This document shows, piece after piece, positions 46,559 to 59,968 of a DNA stretch of 64,000 nucleotides. Location: assembly GCA_046563655.1 (NCBI GenBank), contig CM102285.1:2294001-2358000 (forward strand). The letters run 5' to 3'. A model generated the notes under the pieces. It had not been told where the DNA came from, made no database searches, and was given only the letters and a program-made list of their open reading frames with translations. The position numbers were made by a program, and so were the translations under genes. This DNA is from Yuukianura sp. NJ FZ-2021 (taxonomy: Eukaryota). Positions within the stretch are counted from its first letter, which is position 1. Each line of letters starts with the position of its first letter.

Positions 46559-49500
46559 GAGACGCATTGAAAATCGCTTACATTCAAAAAAAATTGAGAA
46601 TGCCTCAGGACTCTTCTGGAAGTTTTGGCTCCACTACTGGTAAGTCACTTTTTGTTCAAAATTTGTGATTCAAAAACGTGTAAGACTAAGCGTGGGAGTG
46701 TAGTAATGGATATGGTGATTATGACATGATGGAAAAGAGAGGGATGAATATGAATTAATGCTTAGAAGTGAATTAAATGGAGGGTGGAGGATGGATGCAG
46801 GAATGGATTTCTACTGAACCTGAACCACCCTATACATTCATACTGCAGAATGCATTACAGTTTGAGTTTAGTTTCTTCGAAAGTTCAAACTTTGGATTTA
46901 ATCAATCTCTATTCCACTTGCACTTCCATGATCTTCAAGAGTCGGCAGGTTTTTAATTTGAAATTTCCCCCCACTCACTTTCATATCCATTTTAACCCTC
47001 CTATGTAATCTACGGAATAAATTACAAACCAAAGGAAATGTTGGGCAATTGAGAACGAATCAATCATTTCCCAACCACTTTTAGGAACCTCTAAGGAAAA
47101 TTATGGTATGTTTTGGCGCATATTTCCGTAATATCATATTTCCATATGCCATATTTCAACTTTCAAAGTTCAAATTTGACAGTACATAGCCATACGTTAC
47201 GACAATTTGGAATGACCTTCCCTGTTTTAGATGAACTTACCATATTTTGACCTCTGACCTCTTCGTCTCTTGAGTGACAATTTCTCACACTCAATGTCTC
47301 AGCATGGGTCGTTAGGCACTAAAAACTTGTTATTTAAATCTTCCGTGACGCTCTCTACAATACATTGGCCTCTCCTTCAACCTATGAAAATTTAAGTTTT
47401 ATCTTTGGACTGTATCAAAATTTTACAACTTATCAAATTTCGACAACAAAATTTTAAAACTTCTGAAGTTTAAAATTAAAAACTTTTGAAAATTATATAT
47501 AAGAAAGCACTATATGAAATCCATTAACAAATTAGTTAATTAAAACCCAAAGAGTATTTTTGAAGTATACAATAAAACTCAGATTTAATAGAGAAGCAGG
47601 CTCGTCTTCTCTCAAATTTTTCGTGTTTCAAATTTTTAAGATTTTGATTTTTTTTCTTGTCGTAACAAACTGAACTCAATCATAGTTTGTCTTAGTTTTT
47701 GGAAATCCTGGACCCCTCCGATTCCTTTGAAAAACAAAAGCGGGAATCATGGAGACAGGATCTCTCGGGAGAGTGAGAATGCGAAACCCAAAGTGTCCTA
47801 GCGTGACTCGCTTAGGGAGAGAAACCGGACACTATCGGACGGAGTATCATGGACGTAGTGATATGGACGGACAATTCTGGACAGGCAGTTTATGATTTGC
47901 TTTTTAGAATTAAGTCTATGAGAAAAAAACTGTTAAAGTTTTTCAACGTCCAGAAAACTCATCAGTCGACCGTACAGAAAAATCCGTCCAAAAGCGCCCT
48001 AGCACGCTGACGAGGGTACAAGAATCCGTCGAAGTCCGAAAACAAGGACAGAGCAACGTTATTTATTACGGTTCCCACCAACCCCTGACCAGGAGCTTGA
48101 AAATAAAAGTTGAGACTTTTTTGTGTGGAACTTTTAGGAGGAATGGAGGAAATGAAACTTTGTAATTTGTTGTCTCTGGTGTACATTAGGAACAAAAGAG
48201 CGTCTGCGCAGAACAAAGCATTCCCTTGGACACAAGTCATTAGGACTGGACATAGCCGTTTTTTAGTTCCTTTGTGCGCGCCAAAATTTGGCTTCAGGTA
48301 CAAAAAACTGAATCTAGTAAGAAACCTGGTTTGAGCACAATTGCCGAATTTGTCACCTTGCCAGACGTAAGGCTGGAAGTTGTGGTGACATTTCCTTGGC
48401 ATCATTAGTTTTCTTCCAGGAGCCAAAGAAAGTAAAAGCTTCCTTTACGTTAGGCCTAACCTAACGTAAAGGAAGCAATTAATCCTGTGGTGACCATTAG
48501 AACTTAAACCTTCTTCCTTGACTCCACAATCGATTTCTCATGAAGCTTCAGAAGAATCTGTACCTAACCGGAGGGATTCCAACATAGCCTAACCTAAAAA
48601 CGTAGAATTCAAACCTAACATAAAAGACATGAACAAAACAAGAAAAAAAAGTAAATGGACAAAATCGGAAGGAAAATGATGCCTAAGCACACACTTTCCC
48701 TGTTTCCCGCTTTTTTTCTGAAAGTGCAGAAGCAGGAATAACAGAATCCATGAGGTTTTTGTTTCTTTTATCTTTCACCCTCTTTCTCCAAACTAAGCTT
48801 TCTCTAACCAAAAACCTAACGCAAAAGTGTTTGAAAAGAAATAAAAACCACAAAGACTAACAATCCACACTGCGGCGGGAGTCCAGTTAAGGAGACGCAG
48901 CGATTGAGCAAAGAACAAACGACAATGACATCAGACAACTCTCAAGAAATGTACAAGAAATTTCACTATATGTTGCTAGTTTTCACATTTTCTTGCGTCT
49001 TTTGTCAAATCAGGTTTTTCACTTTTCACTTTTTTCTAAATATGAACCTTCAAGTATCGCCTAGAAAGTCGGTCGTCATAACCTATCCTAAGCTTATACT
49101 TTCACCACTTTCACTTGATGATTCATCAAGGTTTCTTGACGACGGAATTGTATTTCCTACAACAGGTTGTCTAATCACTCAGGGTTTTTAAATATCTCGC
49201 CTCAAATAACATTTAGCACCAATTTTTTACCAAGTATTTTTTTGTTTACGAACGTTGTGATTCTTGAAAGACTGAATGGGATGCAACTCTACGACTTTTT
49301 TTTAAGTTGAGGGGAGTTGAATGAGTTTTTAATGAAATGAGAGTCACCCCATAAGTGTCTAAGTTCCCGCGTAAAAAAATAGTCTCTGATGAACGTTCAT
49401 TTCCATTTTACTAATCAACCTGTAAAAACGGGTTGGTCTTTGTTCTTTTCCTTTTTTCGAGAAAAACTTCATTCTTAAGCCAATTTCTATGTAAATCACA

Positions 49501-52500
49501 GTTTTACTCACAAATTTTAAGTTGTGAGCCACAACTTAAAATATGAAAGACGCGTTAAACTCCTAACACGTTTTGGCTCATGTTGTTGCAGGAGCGGGTA
49601 ACATTGGACGACGTAATTTCTGGATGGACCCCTACTCTCCTCCTTCCGACGACATTCCATCAAATATTGATGAGTACGAACCAGACGACTATGAGGACGA
49701 AGATCATGAAGACTACACTGAAATCACCAACAATAACACGTAAAACACAGTTCTTGAATTTCAACATACATGTATATTTGGTTGAAGTAAGGCCAAAATA
49801 CACTTGTACCCATTTTTGTGTCTTTGATATAAGTTAACATCTATATTCATAACTTGTGGTCGACGACAATAGTAAGTACGTGAGGTTTGTTCGAAATGTT
49901 TGCGGGGTAAAAAAATTGTGTTTCGTTTTTTCCCGGTAACTTCAACCGATTTTTTTTGAAAAGGCGTTGAATTTATTTTTGGTCCTCCTAAGTTAACTTC
50001 CTTTGAGTCCGCGTTGAGATAACCTTCAACATGAATAACAACATCTCAATGATTTTCTAGAACCAGCCAAACGAAAAACCCTTCGTTCTAATGCATTTCG
50101 GAACAAAGTTTGGCACGGTGCGTGCACGCCGCTAGCCATTCCCTGCCCATAAATCATATCTTCCCGCTTTTTCTTTTTTGAAAAAAAAATACAAAACTTT
50201 CTCCCCGCAGGAACACGTCTTATCGACTGTCAGCTTTCTTTGCCCCACCACTTTCTCTCTGCTCAATTTCTTTTAGAAAAAGTGTTTTTCTCCTTTCACC
50301 ATCGATAGCCATTCCCTTCACCATCTTCCGTTTCCAGCTTTTTGTAAAACACATTTCTCTTCCCGCTTTTTTTGTCCAAAAATATATAAACCTGTAAAAC
50401 AAAATATTTTTTTTTGAGGGAAATGGAAAATTGTGTTGGCGCGAGTCACAAAGCTTCCCCTATTGACTTGCTAATTTAATAATGGACAATGTCCAACCAA
50501 CTGGAACCAGTTTCTGGATGTTGCATCTCTGGACATTGATATTTTCAGACAAACGGATCAGTTTGGGACGAGTGACCGGGAAATTTCAAAAAGTCCTGTT
50601 GGGGAAAACAGTTCACAGAGTACGTCATCTACAACAACCACCCCTCTACCACCAGTTAACTTTTTGAGATTCATCAAAAAATTAACAAATGTAACACGGG
50701 ATTCTGGATCAAACGTGAAACTGAGATGCGAAGCTGAAGGAAATCCACCACCAAAAAAAGTTTATTGGCTCCGAAATAGCGTAGAAATTAATCCAAAGAA
50801 TACTCGATTTCGGATACGAAAGTACCAAAATAGGTAAATTTTGACTATAAAATTTCTAGAAAAAAAAGCAAAGTTTAATGTTGAAAAAAAAACTCTTTTA
50901 TTCAAAATGTAGGAATGGAATTAACAATGGAAAACTTGGGTCACAACTCCGGATTTCTTCAGTGGAAGTTCTAGATAAAGGTGATTTGTGGAATTCAAAA
51001 TTTAATTTTTGAGTTACAAAATCATAAAATTTTGAAACGTTTTTTTTTTTGAAAATTCACGTTTACGTTGATTTAAAATTGTAGGTTTCTACACTTGTGA
51101 GGTGCATAATCGACAAAAGAAAATTGCTTCTACCGCAATTCTAGACGTGCGACACGATCCGGGTGAGTTACTGTTGTTGTTTTTTTTTTTAAATTATGAC
51201 ATCTTGAATAAAGTAATAAACAAAGCTTTCTTCTTTTATAAAAGTAATACAGAAGCCAAAAGTTATAAAAACTCGAAGTTACTTACCGAAGTTATTTTTT
51301 CCAGCTATATTTCATTTGTTAAACTTTTCGAAAAAAAAAAAAAAAAAGACTAGAATTCGAAGCCAAAAAATGTGAAAACAAAAACTAAAAGTGAAAGCGG
51401 AGAAAGTAATATCGCCGCATTACATTTATTCTGAATTTTGAAATTTGGAATTCCGCTGTCTGAACTTTTCTCTTTCGCAAACTCCTAAAGAAACAAAGGA
51501 CTGTCAGTGGGCACTGAACCACGAATTTCAAATCTGAGCGCGCTCTTTTCAAAACAAAGTTTAAATTTTGAACGTTTCTCCCGCTCACAGAAGTCGTACA
51601 ACATTTTGTTTTAAAACTTTCTCCAAAAGTCCGTTCCAAAGACTTGGTCTGTTCTCCGAACTTTGTCTCTTTCGTCCTTATAAGTTTTCAGTTACTTTTT
51701 GGATTCGTATTTTGATTACTTACAAAATACCACTGCCTCTCTTCCACCACTTGGAACAAAAAGTTATATTTTGTTTGAATTTTGAAAAGGAGCTTGCAAC
51801 GCTCAATTAATTTTCAAAAAAGACACAAGGGAGACACTCGTTTGATCCAGTCCATTGAATTCGTCTCTTCCGCCTTTTCTCCCGCTTCTTCCAGTTCAAA
51901 TTGAAGTCCATTTCCATGGAAATATGCAAAGTGAGTTCTAACTGTGAGGGCTTGGATGGAAACCGCAGTAGCGAAAGGTTCCGTTTCCACTTCAGCGGAC
52001 GACACTTGAAAAGTTCCGCGCTCTGTCACTGTTTCTGACGGACTTTAAATGACTAAAGCCTAAAATGAAAATTTTAGACAACAAAATGGGACAACAAGTC
52101 GAAATTTCGAAGTCGTAAAATTCACGCTTCCCAGACTTTCTAAACTCTCCAAGTTCCAAAATTTCAAATTTCTAATATTTAGCAGCGTTTGCAAAATTCT
52201 AAGATTCAACCAAAATTTATTTATTTAATGATATTTTTACTGCATTTTGGTAACGTAAACCCTTATTGAAGAATTTAGAAAATTTCGAAGAAAATTTCAT
52301 GTTGAAGTTGAATAAAGTTCAAAAATTTTAGTAGCAAAATTCTTCGAATAAAGCTTAGGAAAGATATCCGTGTCTTTGAAAGTGTTTAACCTGATATTGT
52401 TTGTTGTCTGGAGACGCAACATGCAACAGAGCTACCACGCAACTGTGATATGATTGCACAATATTTTTAAAGTCTTATTTTTAAAACACTTTTTTACTAT

Positions 52501-55500
52501 GAGTCATTAAGATGATATGACAAACATCGCCTCAATTTGAAACTTCTCTAACTTCTATTCCATTTCATTTCATGTTTTTCTATTTTTGATTCAGCTCTTG
52601 AAAGAGGCGTCATTCCTGATTTTCCTTCTCCATTTGACACTTTTCCCGAAATTGGAGAATCTACCGGGTAACACTTTCTTAAATAAAACATAAATTTTTT
52701 AGTCCTAATTTTCGTGGAATTTGAGAAAACGAAACTTTTTTGTTGTTGATTTATACTACAGTATAATTAAATCGAGAAACTCCAAGAAACTTGAATTTTT
52801 GATGTAATAATAGTCGTACACCATTTGTGAAGCAGTAGCATAAAGTTAATTTTGTCGGAACACCCTGTACATTTTGTTGGAAAGAGATGAGGGGAGAGTT
52901 GCGTGTAAATCCGCTGCTTTCCGCTCTTACCCGAACACTTTGGATTCTACTCCGGATTCTGTTTTCCGATCATCTTCTTCATCTTGCAGGATCCACTCCC
53001 AGTTTACCGTTCATCCACTTTTGTACTTTTTTACTTTTGATAAAAAGATTAAAGTTAAATTATACTAAACATTGTTAATTTACTTAATTGCTTTTTGTAT
53101 GTGGACACAGTGTACATCAAATCGATAGCTTTCACCATGGTCCTCTGATGGCAAACACTGGAATGGATGTCGGCGGTAATCGTCTGCAACCACCCAAAGA
53201 CGGAACAGGAATTTGTCAGGTATAAAACTGCAAATTTTGAAAACAAAAAAACCTCTCATTTCAAAACATAAAAACTTCTTTTAACAAAGGTGAAATAGGT
53301 TCGTTTCAGAAACAATTTTTGATAAAAAATTGCACTAATTTCTTTTTTTCAAAATTCCTGAAAAAAAAAATGTTGAACTTTTTTTCAGAGATACACTGGA
53401 TCCGTCTGCAAAGAATACATTGGAAACCGGACGATTTATGTACACTCAAAAGACAGCAGTGCTGTTACTGAAAGTAGATTACAAGAAGCACTAGCAGTTG
53501 TCCAGTCCTCTCGTATAGGGTAAGTTTTCAGAATTTTCAAAATTATTAAAACAAAATTTTGGTTTTTGTTTTGTTAATGTGACAATTGGATTTGAATTTT
53601 CAGTGACATCAGCCCGAGATGTTCAAAGTTTGCAATCCCGTCGTTATGTTACTCTGCCTTTCCCCTCTGTCCAGATCAAGTTGAAAATCCCGAAGAAAAT
53701 GTTAACTTTGTTTCTCCCAGGAGAATTTGTCGTGAAGAATGTGAACTCCTGGAACATGATTTGTGTCGTCAGGAGTACGCGCTTGCCAAACGCCATCCTT
53801 TGATTGGTCAACAACTTCCGATTCCGGAATGTTCGGAGCTTCCACCTCTCGGGTCCGACACTGCCCGAACTTGTATAAGTCTTGGACTACCCGAACTTTC
53901 ATCGGTTGTGAACTCCGATACTTGCTATGTTGGACGCGGCGAAGAGTACCGTGGAACCGTGCAGGAAACAGCTACAGGTGAACCGTGTCGACCATGGAGT
54001 CATCAAATGGCATTCAAATCGTCAGAGTACACAGAACTCATGGGAGGTCACAACTACTGCAGAAATCCAGGTATGCAAATCAGAAATTGCTAAAAAATTA
54101 CGAAAATTTTGAAATAATTTTGAAATTTTTAATTTTGAATATTGGATTTTTACGATTCACAGGCGGAGTGGAACCGGAACCTTGGTGTTTTTCCGACTCA
54201 CAGCATTTTCGGAAAGAGCCGTGCCGAATTCCAAAGTGCGGAATGTTCGGACTCGACAACTCGCTTTGGATGATGGCCATGGCGGGAATGTCAGCAATTT
54301 TGTTCGTGTGTCTCTTGACATTACTTATTTGCTGTTGTCGTGCCAAACGCGGAAAGAAAGGCCCGAAGTCATTGACTTCTGCTTCGATGCAAGGTCTCGA
54401 AATGAACAGTTTGTTGAGGAAACCGGGAGTTCCAAAAGCACCAGAAATTCCGTTGGTCAATGTCCAGTTTTACCAAGAACTCGGAGAAGGAGCGTTTGGT
54501 TAGTAACGAATTTTTCAAAAAGTGACTCATGAGTCAGATTGAGTCATGAGTCAATATCTAGGTCAACTGATGAGTCAATCAAAGTATGTTTTGCACATAG
54601 TATTCTACAAGTGGCACTCATAAGAAACTTTCACTTTTAGGAAAAGTGTACAAAGGTGACGCCGTTCTACGGCATGGGGATGCACCAGTTCGTGTTGCTA
54701 TTAAAACCTTGAAGTCTGGAGCGACATCTAAGACGCGACAGGATTTTCAGCGTGAATCTGAAATGATGGCAGAGTTGCAGCATCCGAACATCGTTTGTCT
54801 CCTTGGAGTCATCACGAAAGATGAACCACGGTGCATGTTGTTTGAGTACATGTCCCAAGTAATACCAAATTACTTTAAATTGTTAATTAAATCACGCAAT
54901 ACATTGATTTTTGACACCAGTTAAAATTTTCATAGGGAGATCTACATGAATTCCTAATTCTTCACTCACCGCGTACTGAAGGATCGAGTACTGAAAGTAA
55001 TCGCAAGACTGTTGAACCAAACGAAATGCTCTTCATCTCCGCTCAAATTGCTGCAGGGATGGACTACTTGGTAAAAAAACAAATTATTTTCTAAGAAATT
55101 TTAGCTTTATAATTACGAAATTTACAAAGTTTATTTCTCAAATCATTTGCTCGCAAATTATTTTTTGGCGTCTATAGCAAGTAAAATGAAAATATTAATT
55201 TTTAAGGTCACGCATCATTACGTCCATAGAGATTTGGCAGCGCGAAACTGTCTTGTCTGTAAGTACTTTTCTTTTAAATATTTATTTTCAAAATGTGAAG
55301 GAAATAGTCATTTTTTGATGTTATAACAGCGGAAGGACTGGTGGTGAAAATTTCTGATTTTGGATTATCGCGAGACATCTATTCGTCTGATTACTACAGA
55401 GTTCAATCCAAGTCACTTCTACCGGTTCGCTGGATGCCACGTATGTTGCAATTTTTGTATTTATATAAACAAATTTCAATAAATTTTTAATTGATGTTGT

Positions 55501-56543
55501 GTATTTGATTTGGTTTTCATAGCGGAATCCATCCTCTACGGTGAGTATTACAAAAAAAAAATTAAAAAAAAACATCTAAACACAAAGAGTTTTAAGCCCC
55601 TTTGTGTTTAAACAAAATTAAAGTTTGAAAAAATGAATTTCAGGAAAATTTTCGACTGAAAGCGATGTCTGGAGCTTTGGCGTGGTTTTGTGGGAAATTT
55701 ATTCCTACGGTCTCCAGGTATGATTCATTTTTTATCCTGTTTTCATAATATGACGGTTTCAAAAAAAGGTTACAAGGAAACATGATTTTTTGAAAATCTT
55801 TCGTATTTCAGCCATACTACGGATACACCAACCAAGAAGTTATTGAAATGATACGCTCTCGACAACTCCTTCCATGCCCTGACATGTGTCCACCAAGAAT
55901 GTACGGATTAATGGTCGAATGTTGGGCTGAACTGCCGCAACGTCGTCCTCATTTCGACGAACTTAACGCCCGTCTAAAGCAGCTTCTAATCCCCGTTCTA
56001 CCTCAACTTCAGCAGCATCAGCACTTCAAAAGTGCAACTTTAGGTTACGCATCCGGACCTGGAAGTACAAGTTGTGCCAGCAACAATTCGCAGAGCAGTG
56101 GTCACCAGTCACACAATTCCAGCACAGGGCCAATCAGCAACAACACCAATTCCACTTCAGTGTCAAACCAAATGGGTCAAGGACATCAAACGTGGGGTCA
56201 ACTGCCACAACGTCCTCAACAGTCCCCTTCACACTGTGTAGCCTACCAGTCCACTCCTATTGTCCACTGCCCAATCAACTGCCAAACTGGAAATGGTGGC
56301 AGCATTGGAAGATACTCTCCGCAACAGCATCAGCAGTATCACAACACATTCAGTCAACATCCTACGCACACAACTCCAGTCAACTATCCCCATGCCCATA
56401 CCAATCCACAAGCCACGCCCCATTTCCACGGTCCTCCGCCAATCCGATTTCAGCAGTCGTTTCATCCTGGACGTGGTGGCTCGCATACAAATTCTCCCTA
56501 TCACCACCGTGTTCTAATGGAATCCAAAGCAACTAATATTTGA
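46559..56543 (+). CDS. Ror: Ror-family receptor tyrosine kinase (Ig, Frizzled-like CRD, kringle, TM, kinase, Ser/Pro/Gln/His-rich tail); first coding exon not located
   Basis: Ig exons ([28 protein letters not shown], 50549-51162). CRD ([22 protein letters not shown]). Kringle ([11 protein letters not shown]...HNYCRNP). TM segment. Kinase motifs [58 protein letters not shown]. Upstream exons 46559-46639 and ~49592-49739 join in frame but are less certain. Confidence 0.92.
47827..48045. repeat. Degenerate inverted array of ~14-15 bp TGGACG/CGTCCA units (foldback-like remnant)
   Basis: Left arm tcggacgg..tggacgt..tggacgg..tggacagg; right arm cgtccag..cgtacag..ccgtccaa..gtccgaa in the opposite orientation. 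Confidence 0.45.
49127..49224 (-). repeat. Dispersed repeat fragment (copy of 25831-25928)
   Basis: See partner copy at 25831-25928. Confidence 0.75.
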
Positions 56544-57365
56544 ATCTCCCGCGGAATAAGTTAAAAAGCTATACACATTTATAGACTTTACCTCAAACGA
56601 GACAATTTTCCAGGCGTTTTGTATTTACCTGATTTACGCGTGCGGTGTAAATTTTTTACTTTTATTTCAACATTTCAGATTGTATAATTTATATTCTAAG
56701 TTATGTTGAGAATTTTTCAATTAATACTTACTGTTAAAATTATTCAAGTTAACAGGCATATTAACATGAAAAAGAAACTCGGCTGTTCAAAAATTAGAGA
56801 TCCGTGTGTTACAGGATGAAAAACTTTTTTTGAGCTGAAACTAATTAAGCTCAAACTTACTTAGGTTTTCCTTCATTTGCTAAGCATTGATTAGCTTTCT
56901 TTATGTGGTCGAAAACATAGGTATATAAGTTAGTATAATTTAATGTTTGTAACCTACTGCTATACACTAATTGTGAAGTTGTGCATAGGTTGGCGGAATA
57001 AACGTACATACGTTAATTTACGTGTAACAAAAGTGGATTCTAACTACCCCTAGCACCACACTAGAGACAAAAATGTAATTGGCAAATATTATCTGTAACA
57101 TAAACTTAGACATTTATACTTTAACCTAATAGAAGCTAGAGTCACCACTTTAGACTCATGTTGTAAATTTTGCATGATCCTCTTGTGTACATAACTGTTG
57201 GAGTCATTTGAAATAAAGTCAAGAATCACGATTGAAAACTAAATCGCGTTACCTTTGTGACGCATAGATAATAGTTACAGTTACGAGTTACCAATGTTGA
57301 CAGTTTTACGAGTTACATAACTATATTAATTGATTACAGTGGCCAGGTAAATTGAACAACAACAT

Positions 57366-58768
57366 TTAGAACATAACTAGCAGGCTAATGACGTTTTGTA
57401 GTACGATATCTGCGTAGAGTGTGAGGAGGTAGGCCTTTGAGTCCAGCACAAACAACTGCCCAACTCTAATGCTAATTAGTTGCCTTGAGCTCCAAAATTT
57501 GCGGCTGTATTCTCCATTGCTGCGTATGTTGTGGATTCTGACCAACCTATATTTCATGGAGTTTTGGTGGCACAAAGCTGCTAGACTCACTGCCTCCGTC
57601 AGAATAAGCACAATTACCATAGTAGACAAAAAGAACATTTGGAGCAGGACAATGTACCTTCCTTTAAACAGTTTAATTAAAGTATATATAAATAGAACTA
57701 AAATGATTTCGCAGTAGCATATTGCATATGCGACCAAATTTGCATAGACATAATTTGCATGCTTGTTCATAACTTGGAGGTGTGTGTAGGTTTGAGCCTG
57801 CTTTGTTTCCATGTCATCATTAACATTTTCCCTTCAATAAAAGAAACACACATTTTAATTGCAAAATACACACGAGTTTGATTTTTTTAAAAAATATTTG
57901 ATGAAGTTACGTCAGTTACCTTACCTATCTTAATACAACGGTATATGAAAAGTTAAGGCCAGTTTTATCATTTTGAAATTATTTCTAGTTCACTTACGTT
58001 AAATGTTGAAGCCAAAGTCTCGTTGTGTTTGTGTAGATTAAAGCACTATTGGTAAACACAAATGATGCAAAGAGTGAATTTATAATCGCTAACGCAAAAA
58101 GTGCTTCTGTTATTGAAATTGTGCTGCCAATCACGATCCAGTTGTCCACTCCAAAGCAATACCGCAGAACAGCTTCATATAAAATATATGTTGCTCGGCT
58201 TATATTTGTATCGGAAAATAAAAAAAAATGATGCCTTTGCGGGGACAAGAAAAATTCGAGCGTATGAAAATGCCACATGCGAAACTTTTGGTGCTGGTTC
58301 GTATCCGTCTTTTTCTTTTGAAATTACTGGTAATCCGTAGCATTTATCTAAAAAAGTAGAAAGAGTAGTAATTGTTTTTGACTATGCCAACGTCCAAAAG
58401 CTATAAATGAAATTACGGAGTTGATTATTGAATTTGAAGAAAGTTGAAATGATGCTGTAAATTTCTTCCTCAAATGCAAAGTACCATATCTCCATTCCAG
58501 TGAAAAATGAGATAAGTAAGATAAATCCGGAAATGAAGATGAACTCTCTGTAGTCATTTTGAAGCAGAAGAGCAGTAGCAGAATACGTTGCGATAGTCAT
58601 GAAATTTAAGACGATACAAATAGCTGTAAATATTCTGGCCGAGTAGTAGTTGCGTTTTTGTGCAATAATTTCACCCTTAATAACACTAACTTGAAATGTG
58701 CACAACCTCCAACGGGAGCCATCGTTAAGCACTTTCAATAAGTACTTCCAAGAAATTTCTGATAGCAT
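57366..58768 (-). pseudogene. Chemoreceptor-like (gustatory-receptor superfamily-like) multi-TM gene, copy 1; +1 frameshift in exon 2
   Basis: Three exons colinear with copy 2. The A-run at 58220-58228 has 9 nt where copy 2 has 8 (aagaaaaa), which shifts the frame. This may instead be a homopolymer sequencing error. Confidence 0.55.
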
Positions 58769-59129
58769 AATGTGAAGGCAATGTTTGACAAAATAGGTGC
58801 TAACCGTCTTAGTGTAAAATAAGAAGTGAAGGAAGCCATTTAAATTAACTTGATTGTTTTTTGTAATACCGCCCAAGACCGAAATTTTGGCCTTCATTCG
58901 CGGATTAGCTTAAAATTCTTTAAATTATTCACATTAGATCCACGTTCGATCCTGAGTTGCTCATAAATAGCCATATACACAAATATAGCGCTGGTAATTG
59001 AAAATTCCAGTGTACAATAGTATCGAAGGATACCCATGTACCATCGAACGGTTGCTCATACCGGCACACCTCACTGAGCGATACTGCGCTGCAGTTATGA
59101 ATTTAAAATAAAGTTCTTTAAAAAAACGA

Positions 59130-59968
59130 ATGCTGGTTGTCCAGAGTAATAACTTTCAAATCGTTCATTTCCCAAATGTTTCGTACTTTCCAACCTGACT
59201 TTTGACCCTGAAGTAATTGACCCACCAGATCTCGGGAATGCTGATGGGTTTTCGAGGCTTACCAAAGGTCACACGACTACACAGACAAATAGACAGACAG
59301 ACGGTCAGACAGACGGTCAGACAGACGGACAGACAGACAGACGGACAGGCAAACAAACAGAACGTAGTTAAGTATATTTCGACCAATGAGAAAACAATTT
59401 ATCCAGAAGTTCTAAGTATGCTTCCTGAATTAATCACTTTGTTTGTGAAATCGGCCTCTATGGAAACTGGCAGCCATCCCAGAACTCCAGAAGAGCCTTA
59501 CCATTGACTCCGTCATTTATTTATAAAATATTTAATCATTACGAAAGTTTTACCTCATCGACATAATAGGCCTGGGAGGACCCACAAAATTTTTTTAATT
59601 GAACGCTAAATAATTCTTATGAGAGATCAAAGCTAAATTTTATTAGAGAGAATCCTAAAGGTAAAAGAAAATTACATTTTTTTGCGATTTACAACTAATG
59701 ATGATGATTCATTCCCTAGCTAAATTAGGGTCTAATAGCTAATTTCAAAGCTAAACTAGTAAAATTAATAAAATGCTCAATTATTTACAACGACACCTAC
59801 TAGGGATGTATTGAAGGGCGTTGAGATACATTAATGTATTCTCCAATTGTAGAATATTAGAGAATTATTGGAGAATATTAGAGACATATTTAAGCTCTAT
59901 TTGGAGCCGAACAAGCATGCCGATGACGTTGTGCAGAAGGTTGGTATTACCTAGTAAACACCGCAAAT
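59130..59968. repeat. Duplicated intergenic spacer (near-identical to ~62195-63037), containing a (GACA/GACG)n microsatellite
   Basis: Long near-identical stretches, e.g. aatgagaaaacaatttatccagaagttctaagtatgcttcctgaattaatcactttg, occur in both copies. Confidence 0.88.

Noticed and set aside
59217-59507. ORF repeated at 62492 (MLPELITLF...) as a conserved small gene
   Set aside because: The similarity is explained by the recent spacer duplication. The frames differ between copies through an indel, and part of the ORF is microsatellite translation.
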